Shown: positions 9,526-20,011 of the stretch, piece by piece
Position numbering within the stretch: position 1 is the first letter of the stretch
Layout: the number at the start of each line of letters is the position of its first letter
Assembly: GCA_964529325.1 (NCBI GenBank)
Contig: CAZGWH010000001.1
Location: 2,872-66,871, forward strand
Length of the DNA: 64,000 bases
Reading direction: 5' to 3'
DNA from: an uncultured bacterium
Lineage (GTDB): Bacteria > Fidelibacterota > Marinisomatia > SCGC-AAA003-L08 > GCA-2689995
Position numbers and translations under genes: made by a program
Notes under the pieces: generated by a model
Told to the model about the DNA's origin: nothing
The model's input: the letters and a program-made list of their open reading frames with translations, nothing else
The model's database searches: none

Positions 9526-10125
9526 ATGTATTTATCTCCAAAAAAACAAAAATTTGTTAATTTTATTTTAGGATTCACTCATGCTAATGAAAGGCCACCA
9601 ACATTTGTAGAAATTATGAAGGGATTAAATATTAGTTCCCTTGGTACAATCCATTGGTATGTAACTGAATTAGAAAAAGAAGGTGTTATTAAAAGAACAC
9701 GAGGACATCAAGGGAAAAGAGCGCTTTCGATTTTAGAGCAAAATCTGAGAATTACTTTACCATTACTTGGTATTGTTCAAGCAGGATACCCTCTAGATGT
9801 ATTTGAAGATAATGAACAAATAGAAGTCCCTCCATCTTATTTAAATGAACATAATTTCGTATTACGAGTTCGTGGTGATTCTATGATAGAAGAACATATT
9901 CAAGAAGGAGATTTTATTATAGTTAAAGAATGTAAAACGGCACAAAATGGAGAATTAGTAATTGCATATATTAATAATGAAGCGACTTTAAAACGATATT
10001 ATTATAAAGAAAATCAAATTGAACTTCGCCCGTCAAATTCAAATTTTAAAATTATTTTTGTTAATCCAGAAGATGAATTTAGAATTGGTGGTACCGTTTT
10101 AAGTGTAATGCGTAATTATAAATAA
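9526..10125 (+). CDS. lexA: SOS repressor LexA
   Basis: N-terminal wHTH (RPPTFVEI), Ala-Gly cleavage site (IVQAG), catalytic Ser (VRGDSM) and Lys (ATLKR); AAAGGA SD. Confidence 0.92.
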   Translation: MYLSPKKQKFVNFILGFTHANERPPTFVEIMKGLNISSLGTIHWYVTELEKEGVIKRTRGHQGKRALSILEQNLRITLPLLGIVQAGYPLDVFEDNEQIEVPPSYLNEHNFVLRVRGDSMIEEHIQEGDFIIVKECKTAQNGELVIAYINNEATLKRYYYKENQIELRPSNSNFKIIFVNPEDEFRIGGTVLSVMRNYK

Positions 10126-10208
10126 TTTTAGTATTAATTGAATTCACTTTAAAATATTATTTTATTACTCATTGTTTTTATATTTAATAAACAAATTAGA
10201 GAGTAATA

Positions 10209-10526
10209 ATGAATATTTATGGTGAAAACTGCCATCGTTGTGATCAAAAAACTAGGCGAGTTAGAAAAAATAAACCCACATGTGGTCATTGTATTGCAAT
10301 ATTAGATTCTAGGCATGAAGAAATTAGAAATTGCCCCGTGGATAATTTTAAAATGAAAAAAGAGATTATTCAAAATATTATTTTAGATCGTTGCCCTAAA
10401 TGTTCTGGTCTTTGGTTTGATAAAAATGAAATTGAAGCATTTGAGGAATTAATAAACAAAGTTTCAAATGATGCAATTATTCATAAAATAATTAAAGGTA
10501 TTACACAGGGAAAATATGAAGAATAA
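10209..10526 (+). CDS. Zinc-finger protein (TFIIB-type zinc ribbon at the C-terminus)
   Basis: CHRC/CGHC pair plus CPVD...LDRCPKCSGLWFDKNEIE. Confidence 0.7.
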   Translation: MNIYGENCHRCDQKTRRVRKNKPTCGHCIAILDSRHEEIRNCPVDNFKMKKEIIQNIILDRCPKCSGLWFDKNEIEAFEELINKVSNDAIIHKIIKGITQGKYEE

Positions 10527-10532
10527 TTTTTT

Positions 10533-11330
10533 ATGAATCTAAGAAATAATTTAAAAACTATTATATTTGGTACAGATACTCCTCTAGGAAAATTATTTGA
10601 TATTATACTTATATTACTAATTTCTTTAAGTATTTTAGTTGTTCTACTAGATAGTATAGGTGAATTTAGAAATAAATATCAAAACATATTAAATATAGTT
10701 GAAGTTATATTTACATTACTTTTTACGATTGAATATATGCTTCGAATTTACTGTATTAAAAAACCATTTAATTATATTTTTAGTTTTTATGGAATAATAG
10801 ATCTATTAGCAGTGTTTCCTACATATTTAAGTTTTATCTTACCCGGCACAGAAGTGTTAGTTGTAATTCGAGTATTGCGTGTATTACGAGTATTTAGGAT
10901 ATTAAAACTTGCTCAATACATAAATGAAGCAGACTTACTAATTAAAGCACTTATTGCAAGTAAAAGAAAAATATTTATTTTTCTATTTGTAGTAATGAAT
11001 GTTGTAATTATTTTAGGATCTGTTATGTATTTAATAGAGGGTGAAAAAGCAGGATTTACAAGTATTCCTCGTAGTATATATTGGGCAATTGTCACTTTGA
11101 CAACCGTTGGATATGGTGATATTTCTCCAGAAACAAACTTTGGTCAATCAATAGCTGCCTTAATAATGATTATTGGTTATTGTATTATCGCAGTGCCCAC
11201 AGGAATTGTAACTTCTGAAATTAATTATGTTACATCACAGAAAAATAAAAAGGAGTGTAATAAATGTGGTGAAAAAGAATTAAAACAGACTTCCTTTTAT
11301 TGCAATAATTGTGGTATCAAATTATTATGA
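10533..11330 (+). CDS. Voltage-gated-type potassium channel (ion transporter family)
   Basis: S4-like RVLRVLRVFRILKL, selectivity filter TTVGYGD, C-terminal CxxC...CxxC. Confidence 0.9.
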   Translation: MNLRNNLKTIIFGTDTPLGKLFDIILILLISLSILVVLLDSIGEFRNKYQNILNIVEVIFTLLFTIEYMLRIYCIKKPFNYIFSFYGIIDLLAVFPTYLSFILPGTEVLVVIRVLRVLRVFRILKLAQYINEADLLIKALIASKRKIFIFLFVVMNVVIILGSVMYLIEGEKAGFTSIPRSIYWAIVTLTTVGYGDISPETNFGQSIAALIMIIGYCIIAVPTGIVTSEINYVTSQKNKKECNKCGEKELKQTSFYCNNCGIKLL

Positions 11331-11336
11331 TAAAAC

Positions 11337-11363
11337 AAAAAAGCCTCGTAAACGAGGCTTTTT
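11337..11363. terminator. Bidirectional intrinsic terminator
   Basis: AAAAAA-GCCTCG-TAAA-CGAGGC-TTTTT between convergent K+ channel and csp genes. Confidence 0.88.
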
Positions 11364-11388
11364 AATATCATTAAGATATTTTTATGAT

Positions 11389-11601
11389 TTAATTAGGTAA
11401 GATATTTTCAGCGATTGGGCCTTTATCACTTTCCCCCAATTCATATTCCACTGCTTGATTATCTGCAAGAGTTTTATACCCATCCATAATAATATTATTT
11501 ATATGTGCAAATAAATCTTTCCCACCATCTTCTGGAGTGATAAATCCATAACCTTTTTTATTATCAAACCACTTTACTGTACCTTTTAACTTTTCTGCCA
11601 A
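11389..11601 (-). CDS. Cold-shock protein (CspA family)
   Basis: GTVKWFDNKKGYGFI (RNP1) and DLFAH (RNP2); TTG start. Confidence 0.95.
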   Translation of the reverse strand: MAEKLKGTVKWFDNKKGYGFITPEDGGKDLFAHINNIIMDGYKTLADNQAVEYELGESDKGPIAENILPN

Positions 11602-11720
11602 GGCTTTTTCCTTTCGTTACATTTAATATACTAAAATAAGGGCATAATTTATTATTATTACTAATAACAATTCATATATTATTATTTTTATTTATAGTAC
11701 TTTATTTTAAAAATTAAACA

Positions 11721-14700
11721 TTAATTTTCTAAAATAATATTTATAAGTAATAATATATCCAATACATTTACTTCGATATCAAAATTCAAATCGGCTATTT
11801 CGTTAAATTCATTATTTATAATTAAATTCACAAATAATAATACATCTAAAACATTAACTTCATTATCTAAATTTATATCTCCTTCAAAACAAGAATAAAC
11901 ATGTATAAAATTTTCCATAGTATTTGAAGTTAATTCACCGTGTAAATCAAATATAGTTAATGTGACATCATACCAACCAATTTCATTTAATATAAAAATG
12001 GGATTTTCAGCAAATTGAACTTCTTCATTTCCAACCTCCCATTGCCACCATAAATTTACCCCAGTAGATGAGTTCAAAAATTGTACCGATTCACCTTCAC
12101 AAATTAAATTGGACTCAACATTAAAAATTGGTTGAGGTTCAGGTAAAATTTCATATTTTATTTCTTCTACTTCCATTTCAACAATTACTTGAGATGTAGA
12201 TCGAATCTGGATATAATAAAAATCATTAGGGTATAATAAGGAATCCAAACCATTTATGTTTTGCCAGGCTTCCCATTGAATAATACCTAAATCATCAAAA
12301 TACACATTAGAAGTTCCATTTTCGGGTGGTGAAGACCTAATTATCATATCTACAAAATTACCATTTTCAGGTATTTCAATTTCTCTTTCAAAATTAGTCC
12401 AGTCAAAATATCCATTTAATGTACCCATTAATGATTCATTGGCTATTGAATTTCCGCAATTTCTATCTGAATAATAATAAGTATTAATTCTGGCATTATT
12501 AGCATTATCACCTTTAACAACACCATGTACGGTATGCTCAAACTGATTCATAATTGGCACACAATATGAAATTTCGGTGATTGCATTATTTTCATCAAAA
12601 TAATTTCTAATCTGCTGTAAAGCATATTCACCATTATAAGAAATTGAATCATTTATAAATTCGGAATCATGTGGAATCATTCTCCAATAATTTATTCCAG
12701 GGTCCCAACAATCCATTGGTGGGTTATATTCAAAATCCCCCATCATTATAATTTCTCTGCCTAATCTAAATTCAAATTCACCATTATTTAAAAATTCTAA
12801 ATTTTTAATACTACCAACTCGTTCTAATTCAATTGGTTTAGAAATATTATATCCAGTATTATTATTTAATAGTGAATCAGAAAGAATATAATAAACATTG
12901 GATATTTGTTCATCAGGGTTAAATAAAACTTCAGCTATTTCATTTTCATAATCTACATGAAGATATGTATCAAGCTTACGAGACTTATAAGCTAAATTAT
13001 CTAAAATTCGATGAGCCAATTTTCCAGTTGCAGGTTTTGGGATATAATTTTGAATAAATACAGGTTGTATCCAATGCTTTGAAAACCCACTTTCATTTAT
13101 TTCTGAATTTATAATAATCGTTTGCCAAGTTTCAGGATATCGTTGGTCAAATACAAAATTTCCCAAAGAATGAGCAATTAAATTACCATTATATAGCTCA
13201 ATACCTTGTAAAACATGAGGATGATGATTTATGACCATATCAGCTCCAGCATCAATTGCAAAATGTCTAAATTCAATATTTTCTCTCGTTGGTTCTGTGA
13301 AAAATGGATTATATAGTTCATCCTCTCCATAATAGAATCGAGGTTCTAAAGAATATTCAGCTCCTGAATGAGTTTCTAATATAATTATATCACTTATTGA
13401 ATCAATATTTTCTATTTGTCTACTAACATTATTTTCATTCATTTTATAAAAACCAGGTTTATTATATCCAGAATCTAAATATGGTTGTTCATTATATTCT
13501 CTACCATCAATATTACTACTACCAATAATAGCAATATTTACACCTGATTTATTGATAAATACTGGTGACATTGCTTCATATTCATTTAATCCTGCACCAA
13601 AATATTTTATCTCAACAGAATCCAATTGATTTTGTGTTTCCAACATCCCATCGACCATATAATCTAAAAAATGATTATTCGCCAATGATACTACATCTAT
13701 ACCTGCATAATCCAAAGCAGAGATAGTTTCTGCCTTTGAATAAAATACAATAGATTTCGTTGGATGTGGATTCTCAGGAAAATCAGTTATAGGTGTTTCT
13801 AAGTTTGCAATAGAAATATCTGCAATATCACCAAAATATGGATTTATATATTCAAATAAATATTCAGAGCCACAAGTTGGTATTATACCATCATTACAAT
13901 TTTCATCATTTGTTGGTGCAGATATACAATTATATCTTCTACCCATCATAACATCACCAACAAAATTCATCTTAATTGGAAATGTAGATTCTCCTATATC
14001 TAAATGTACTGGGATTAAAGCGTATCCTAATAATCCTGTAGGATCTTTTACAATTAATGTCACACTATACAGATGGTCATCTTCTGTTAAATATGTATGT
14101 TGAGGATTTGAAATGGTGTCAGTTGAACCATCACCAAAACTCCAATAATAAATTATGCTATCTAAATCAGAATCAACGTCAACTACTTCTGAGTAAAATT
14201 GATAAGTTTGCGTCAATCTTCCAAATTCATCCACTTCTGAAATTACTTCTTCATCTATTGAAATCGCAACGAGAGGTGCAATAGGCAAATCTTCAGAAAT
14301 ATCAATTATATTATCAAAATAAATACTATCAGAAAACCATCCATCAGCATCATTTACATAAAACAACTTATTAATAATAGGTTCATAATTAAATCGATCA
14401 AACCAATCAATTCCAATCGGCAATACAACCTCTGCCCAATTATTTAATGTAAAATACCCTTGATAATAATTTTCAAAAAATTCTATATCTACCGATTGTG
14501 TCCCCCATATTGAATAATAAATTCTATTTCCAACAGTATCTTCAAATCCAATTGCTTGAATTTCTGAATTTAGATTATTTCCAATTAAAGATGAATACAT
14601 ATCCAAACTCCAAACAGATTGAGTGCTTACTTGAATTGAATCTAAAAGTTGGTCTTTCCATGTATTACCAAATAATACTAGCGAATATTGGGATAATGAA

Positions 14701-14951
14701 TCGGGAGTAAATTCTGAAATAACCCATTCATTAACATCAACATCATCTTCTCCATGAGAAATTAAATCTATAAACCCATTTTCAAAATCTTCTATAATTT
14801 CAGACCGAAGAATTGAGGAATTATTTATAAACTGAAATAAAACAGCTCTATTTATATTGTTCATTTCCTTTAGTTGTGTTTCAACATTTAGATTTACTGC
14901 AAATAAACTAGTAAATAAAACTACAAATAAGTAATTTAATTTGTTAATCAT
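11721..14951 (-). CDS. Secreted CapA-family metallophosphoesterase with PKD, CBM-like and C-terminal dockerin-like domains
   Basis: Signal peptide; FVGDVMMGR, ANLETP, SLANNH, HHPHVLQG, HSLGNFVFDQ motifs; PKD-like WSFGDG; tail GDINLDNEVNVLD...ADLNFDIEVNVLD. Confidence 0.85.
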   Translation of the reverse strand: MINKLNYLFVVLFTSLFAVNLNVETQLKEMNNINRAVLFQFINNSSILRSEIIEDFENGFIDLISHGEDDVDVNEWVISEFTPDSLSQYSLVLFGNTWKDQLLDSIQVSTQSVWSLDMYSSLIGNNLNSEIQAIGFEDTVGNRIYYSIWGTQSVDIEFFENYYQGYFTLNNWAEVVLPIGIDWFDRFNYEPIINKLFYVNDADGWFSDSIYFDNIIDISEDLPIAPLVAISIDEEVISEVDEFGRLTQTYQFYSEVVDVDSDLDSIIYYWSFGDGSTDTISNPQHTYLTEDDHLYSVTLIVKDPTGLLGYALIPVHLDIGESTFPIKMNFVGDVMMGRRYNCISAPTNDENCNDGIIPTCGSEYLFEYINPYFGDIADISIANLETPITDFPENPHPTKSIVFYSKAETISALDYAGIDVVSLANNHFLDYMVDGMLETQNQLDSVEIKYFGAGLNEYEAMSPVFINKSGVNIAIIGSSNIDGREYNEQPYLDSGYNKPGFYKMNENNVSRQIENIDSISDIIILETHSGAEYSLEPRFYYGEDELYNPFFTEPTRENIEFRHFAIDAGADMVINHHPHVLQGIELYNGNLIAHSLGNFVFDQRYPETWQTIIINSEINESGFSKHWIQPVFIQNYIPKPATGKLAHRILDNLAYKSRKLDTYLHVDYENEIAEVLFNPDEQISNVYYILSDSLLNNNTGYNISKPIELERVGSIKNLEFLNNGEFEFRLGREIIMMGDFEYNPPMDCWDPGINYWRMIPHDSEFINDSISYNGEYALQQIRNYFDENNAITEISYCVPIMNQFEHTVHGVVKGDNANNARINTYYYSDRNCGNSIANESLMGTLNGYFDWTNFEREIEIPENGNFVDMIIRSSPPENGTSNVYFDDLGIIQWEAWQNINGLDSLLYPNDFYYIQIRSTSQVIVEMEVEEIKYEILPEPQPIFNVESNLICEGESVQFLNSSTGVNLWWQWEVGNEEVQFAENPIFILNEIGWYDVTLTIFDLHGELTSNTMENFIHVYSCFEGDINLDNEVNVLDVLLFVNLIINNEFNEIADLNFDIEVNVLDILLLINIILEN

Positions 14952-15104
14952 AAAAAGAATTTACTCTGTTTTATAAATTAATTACACCTAAAGGAAAATA
15001 TAAAATTGTAACTAATATTTTTAAATAATACAATTAATTCTACTTGTTGAAAGGATTCATATTATTTTAAATTTCTATCAATTATTTTTCAAAGGAATTC
15101 TTCA

Positions 15105-17138
15105 ATGAAAGCATTATATTTAATCTTTTCAATTACTATTGCCTTTTCAAATCAGGTGAAAAATCAAAATCCCCATCTAAAACATTTTAATATTATAAGT
15201 GGTCAATTAAAAAAAATCACCAATAACCCAGAATATTTAATAAGGGAATACCTCTCTAATAATAAATTTCAATCAGGATATACAAATGAAATTGATTTTA
15301 AATTAAAAACAATTAATGAAGATAAAAATAATACTACACATTTAATTTTTCAACAATACTATTTAAATATCCCCGTTTTTGGAAAAACTATAAGAGCTCA
15401 TATAAATAAAAATAATCAATTATCATCAATTTCATCAAATATCGAGCAATTTAATATTCATATTCAACCAACTATACCAATTAAAGAGGCAATGAATAAA
15501 ATAAAACTTATCAAAAAAATTAACCGAAAATCATACATAAAATATAATCAATTGTATATTTATTTAAAAGAGAACAAACCATATTTAATTTATTCATTTG
15601 AATATGTTAATTTTGAAAATCCATATAAATATTTTATTGATGCACATTCAGGTGAAATTATTTTGGAGTTCCCACTTTCATTTCAAGATGGACCAACAAC
15701 AGGAAGTGGTATAAATTTAATGAATCAAAATATTGAAGAATTACAAGTTTATGAAGGAAATTCATATAATCCAATTGGAAATCAATCGACCCCATATTTG
15801 ATTTGTGAAGAATATTGTTGGGATTATGGTGATTGTGATGGTGAAAATTATAATGATTGTGTAATTGCACCACAACAAGGGGATTGTTCTAATGGTTTTT
15901 TGACCGATTGTAATGGTGAATGTTTTAGTGAATGGTATATGCAATTTCCTGGCGTAGGGAATGGGTTTTGTAATGACCCCTGGATTGCATTTAATGACTC
16001 TACAATTGCGACGGGTAGCTACAATTTGGTAGATGAAAGCAACTCTGAATTAGGTACAATTTATACTTTAAATAGTTATGGAGGATTTTATGAAAATATT
16101 TCATTGGTAAACAGTGAAACCTCAATTTTTAACAATAATGATAATAGCCTTTCACACCATTCAGGTGTAAGCGCTCATGATTATCAACGAAAAACTCTCG
16201 ATTATTTTTGGAACTACCATAATTATGCAGGAATAGATGGAAATGGTAAGCGAACAATTTCAGTTGTTAATTATTTTTCAAACTCAAGTATTAGTCAAAA
16301 CAACGCATTTTATAATGCATCACTAGATATTTTAACTTATGGATATGGTTCTGCAAGTTATCGACCATTTTGTGCGGGACTTGATGTTGTGACTCATGAA
16401 TTTAGTCACGGCTATACAGCACATACATCGGGTTTAATTTATAGAAATCAAGCCGGGGCATTAAATGAATCAATGTCTGATGTATTTGGTTATTTAGTTG
16501 AAGCTGTTTATCAAGATGGTGGTGACTGGTTACAAGCAGAAGATGTTCATGTTAATGGTGCAGGAAGAAGTTTTAATAACCCTCCTCAATTTGGGCAACC
16601 AGACCACAGAGATCATAATTATTTTGTACAATACAATCCTAACCCTCAATGGAACAATGATTTTGGAGGTGTACATACAAATTCAGGGATAACAAACAAA
16701 TTACTCTATTTAACAATTCAAGGTGATATACATTATAATATTGCCGTACCACCATTTGAAGAAGATATAGTCCAATCTCGAATTATTGCAGGAAATATAT
16801 GGTTCGCTTGGAATACATACTATCTAGACATAGAAGATGATTTTCAAATATCAAGAGATAAAATGCTTCAAGTTGTACAAGATATTTATCCTGGAAGATT
16901 AGATTATTTACAAACAGTTATAAATGGATGGGCATCACTTGGATGGGGAACTGAAATTGTATCTGGAGACTTTAATGAAGATTTAATTGTGAATATTCAA
17001 GATGTAATTATATTGATAAATATTATTTTAGGTAACTTCATACCAACTGAACATCAACAGTTGTTTGGTGATTTAAATCAAGATGGATTATTAAATATTC
17101 AAGATATACTTGAAATTGTTGTTATCATTATGGATTGA
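15105..17138 (+). CDS. M4 (thermolysin-like) metallopeptidase with propeptide, Cys-rich insert and C-terminal dockerin-like domain
   Basis: Signal peptide; FTP/PepSY-like propeptide; NNAF, HEFSH (HExxH), ALNESMSD, GVHTNSG; tail GDFNEDLIVNIQD...GDLNQDGLLNIQD. Confidence 0.92.
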   Translation: MKALYLIFSITIAFSNQVKNQNPHLKHFNIISGQLKKITNNPEYLIREYLSNNKFQSGYTNEIDFKLKTINEDKNNTTHLIFQQYYLNIPVFGKTIRAHINKNNQLSSISSNIEQFNIHIQPTIPIKEAMNKIKLIKKINRKSYIKYNQLYIYLKENKPYLIYSFEYVNFENPYKYFIDAHSGEIILEFPLSFQDGPTTGSGINLMNQNIEELQVYEGNSYNPIGNQSTPYLICEEYCWDYGDCDGENYNDCVIAPQQGDCSNGFLTDCNGECFSEWYMQFPGVGNGFCNDPWIAFNDSTIATGSYNLVDESNSELGTIYTLNSYGGFYENISLVNSETSIFNNNDNSLSHHSGVSAHDYQRKTLDYFWNYHNYAGIDGNGKRTISVVNYFSNSSISQNNAFYNASLDILTYGYGSASYRPFCAGLDVVTHEFSHGYTAHTSGLIYRNQAGALNESMSDVFGYLVEAVYQDGGDWLQAEDVHVNGAGRSFNNPPQFGQPDHRDHNYFVQYNPNPQWNNDFGGVHTNSGITNKLLYLTIQGDIHYNIAVPPFEEDIVQSRIIAGNIWFAWNTYYLDIEDDFQISRDKMLQVVQDIYPGRLDYLQTVINGWASLGWGTEIVSGDFNEDLIVNIQDVIILINIILGNFIPTEHQQLFGDLNQDGLLNIQDILEIVVIIMD

Positions 17139-17247
17139 TTAAATTTATTTAATTGTTCTAAAAATATATTTAGTAACCCTTTGTAATTTATTCTGTCCAA
17201 TTATTTATTAAATTCGTCAATTTCAATAATTATTTATAGGCATTTAA

Positions 17248-18687
17248 ATGAATTCATTTAATTTAAACACAATTTGTAAAAATTTAAAAACGAAAGCTGA
17301 CTGGTTTAGTTTGCGTGAAGTTTTTGAATCTACAAATACACATGTTGCAAGAGATGGTAATCCTGAGGCCAATCATACAAACTCAACCCATGGAGTTATG
17401 ATTGAAATATTAATTTATGGACAGTTTGGTTATTCAGCAACGAATGAATTAACATTACAAGGTATACAAAACGCTATTGAAAAAGCTGAGTTCTTTGCAC
17501 TTAACGCTTCAAAATATTCACTTGTTAAATTTGACCCAAGTGTTCGTCCAACAAATAGTGGGAAATATAAGTCCAACGCTAAAAATAATATAAATGATAT
17601 TTCAATCCCTGAAATAAATAATTTATTAGTATCATCAAATCAATATTTAAAACATTCTGACCGCATTATTTGTACAACAGGATTTGCAATGATCGTGGAT
17701 TCAAAACATAAGTATACCTGCAGTAATGGTAGTAATATAGAACAAGATTTTCAATTTATTTCCTTAGATTTTTCTGCAACGGGACAGCATAATGGAATTA
17801 TTCAAAAAAGAACTGACCATGGAATGCTTGCAAGAAGTTATCAAATAGGTACAGAATTTATATTGGATACAAATATTAAAGAAAGATGCAAAAAAATTGG
17901 TAAACAAGCTGATGAATTATTATTTGCTGAAGAATGTCCAACAGGAGAGATGGATTTGGTTTTAGCTCCGGATCAAATGATGCTTCAAATCCATGAATCT
18001 GTAGGCCACCCATTAGAAGTAGATAGAATACTTGGAGATGAACGGAATTATGCCGGTTGGAGTTTTATTAGGATGGATGATTTCAATAATCTTCAATATG
18101 GTTCTAATTTAATGAATATCACATTTGACCCAATGGTAAATCAACAATTTGCTTCTTATAAATTTGATGATAGTGGGTTAGAAGCTAAAAAAGATTACAT
18201 TATAAAAGATGGTGTATTAATTAAAGGATTAGGTGGAACTGAAAGTCAATTCAGGTCTAAGTTAGATGGGGTTGCAAATTTCAGGTCATCTTCGTGGAAT
18301 CGACCCCCAATCGATAGAATGGCAAATTTAAATTTAGAACCTGGTAATTCAACCTTTAATGAAATTATTTCGAATATTGAAAATGGGGTTTATATGGAAT
18401 CAAATAAATCATGGTCAATTGATGACTACCGAAATAAATTTCAATTTGGATGTGAATATGGTAAATTAATTGAAAATGGAGTGATAACAAAAACATTACG
18501 AAATCCTAATTATCGAGGAATTACAACACCATTTTGGAATAAGCTTAAAAGTGTTGGCGATGAATCAACATTTAAAATATATGGCACACCTTATTGCGGA
18601 AAAGGTGAACCTAATCAAATAATAAGAGTTGGACATGCCTCTCCAGTTTGCCATTTTGAAAATATTGATGTTTTTGGAGGAAATTAA
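17248..18687 (+). CDS. tldD: TldD-family metalloprotease subunit
   Basis: HESVGHPLE (HExxxH), PPIDRMAN, C-terminal CGKGEP. Confidence 0.9.
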   Translation: MNSFNLNTICKNLKTKADWFSLREVFESTNTHVARDGNPEANHTNSTHGVMIEILIYGQFGYSATNELTLQGIQNAIEKAEFFALNASKYSLVKFDPSVRPTNSGKYKSNAKNNINDISIPEINNLLVSSNQYLKHSDRIICTTGFAMIVDSKHKYTCSNGSNIEQDFQFISLDFSATGQHNGIIQKRTDHGMLARSYQIGTEFILDTNIKERCKKIGKQADELLFAEECPTGEMDLVLAPDQMMLQIHESVGHPLEVDRILGDERNYAGWSFIRMDDFNNLQYGSNLMNITFDPMVNQQFASYKFDDSGLEAKKDYIIKDGVLIKGLGGTESQFRSKLDGVANFRSSSWNRPPIDRMANLNLEPGNSTFNEIISNIENGVYMESNKSWSIDDYRNKFQFGCEYGKLIENGVITKTLRNPNYRGITTPFWNKLKSVGDESTFKIYGTPYCGKGEPNQIIRVGHASPVCHFENIDVFGGN

Positions 18688-18688
18688 A

Positions 18689-20011
18689 ATGGAAACATTA
18701 TGTAGAGAACTTTCAAAAAATACGTTTCAATTACTCAAAAAAAATGAGCATTTATCAATTTCATTTAGTGGAGAAAATAGTAATTTTATCCGTGTAAATG
18801 AATCGAAAGTCAGGCAAATTTCAACTGTCATTAATGGTGAAATTGAAATTGAATTAATTATTGGTCAGAAAAAAACAGTTCATGGATTTACATTAACATC
18901 AAATAATATAACCAATTTAATTAAAGTAGAATCAGAATTATATAAAATGAGAGCATATATAAATGAATTACCAAATGATCCATTTATTGTGTTGCCAAAA
19001 GAAGGTGAATCAAGTAAAAAAATAATAAAAGGTAACCTCATAAACGACGATGAAATTTTAGACTCAATTCTCCCTCCGCTTTCAAAAGTCGATTCCTCAG
19101 GAATTTGGGCATCAGGAATAATTTTTAAAGGATTTGCAAGTTGCAAAGGGGTTTTTCATTGGTTTGAAACTGAAAATTATTCTTTTGATTTTTCACTTAT
19201 TACCAAAGATGAAAAAATGGTAAAAGAGACTTATACAGGAAATTATTGGAATCAAAAAGATTATAATCTATTTATTGAAAATGCAATTCTAAAATTTAAT
19301 TCAATGGAAAAGAAAAATATAAAGCTAAAACCTGGAAAATATAAAACCTACATTGCTCCTGCTGGAATTTCAGATTTAATAAATATGTTTAGCTGGGGGG
19401 GTATTAGTGAAAGTGCAATTAGGCAAGGAGGGAGCGCATTTTGTAAAATGAGAAATGAAAACATATCCCTAAACCCTCAATTTAATTTAATAGAAGATTT
19501 TAATTTAGGATTGAATGCACGGTTCAATAATTATGGTGAACTATCTCCAGATAAGTTAAATATAATTTCTTCAGGAAAACTAATAAATACACTTATTTCA
19601 TCTCGTACAGCAATAGAATATAATTTAGAAAGCAATAAAGCTGAAATAAATGAAGGACTTAGAACTCCCGTAATTGCTCCTGGGAATTTGAATGAAAATG
19701 ATATTCTAAAAGAAATTGGAACGGGGATTTATTTATCTAACCTCCATTATTTAAATTGGAGTGATCAACCCAATGGTAGAATAACAGGAATGACTCGATA
19801 CGCATCATTTTGGGTTGAAAATGGAGAAATAATATCTCCAATTGAACAAATGAGGTTTGATGATAGTTTTTATAATTTCTTTGGAAACAACTTATCACAT
19901 ATTTCAAAAAAAACGCAAATAATCCCAGATGTTTCAACTTATAATGCTCGTTCATTAGGGGGAGTAAAATGTCCTGGGATGATTATTGATAATTTTAAGC
20001 TTACGCTATAA
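18689..20011 (+). CDS. TldE/PmbA-family partner subunit
   Basis: TldD paralog without HExxxH, YLNWSD...TGMTR motif; ATG at 18689 follows a GGAGG SD and the tldD stop (track start at 18629 is too long). Confidence 0.85.
   Translation: METLCRELSKNTFQLLKKNEHLSISFSGENSNFIRVNESKVRQISTVINGEIEIELIIGQKKTVHGFTLTSNNITNLIKVESELYKMRAYINELPNDPFIVLPKEGESSKKIIKGNLINDDEILDSILPPLSKVDSSGIWASGIIFKGFASCKGVFHWFETENYSFDFSLITKDEKMVKETYTGNYWNQKDYNLFIENAILKFNSMEKKNIKLKPGKYKTYIAPAGISDLINMFSWGGISESAIRQGGSAFCKMRNENISLNPQFNLIEDFNLGLNARFNNYGELSPDKLNIISSGKLINTLISSRTAIEYNLESNKAEINEGLRTPVIAPGNLNENDILKEIGTGIYLSNLHYLNWSDQPNGRITGMTRYASFWVENGEIISPIEQMRFDDSFYNFFGNNLSHISKKTQIIPDVSTYNARSLGGVKCPGMIIDNFKLTL

Noticed and set aside
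7912-11400. Possible genomic island at tRNA-Arg
   Set aside because: No integrase and no duplicated tRNA 3' end seen; the accessory-looking genes lie on the tRNA 5' side
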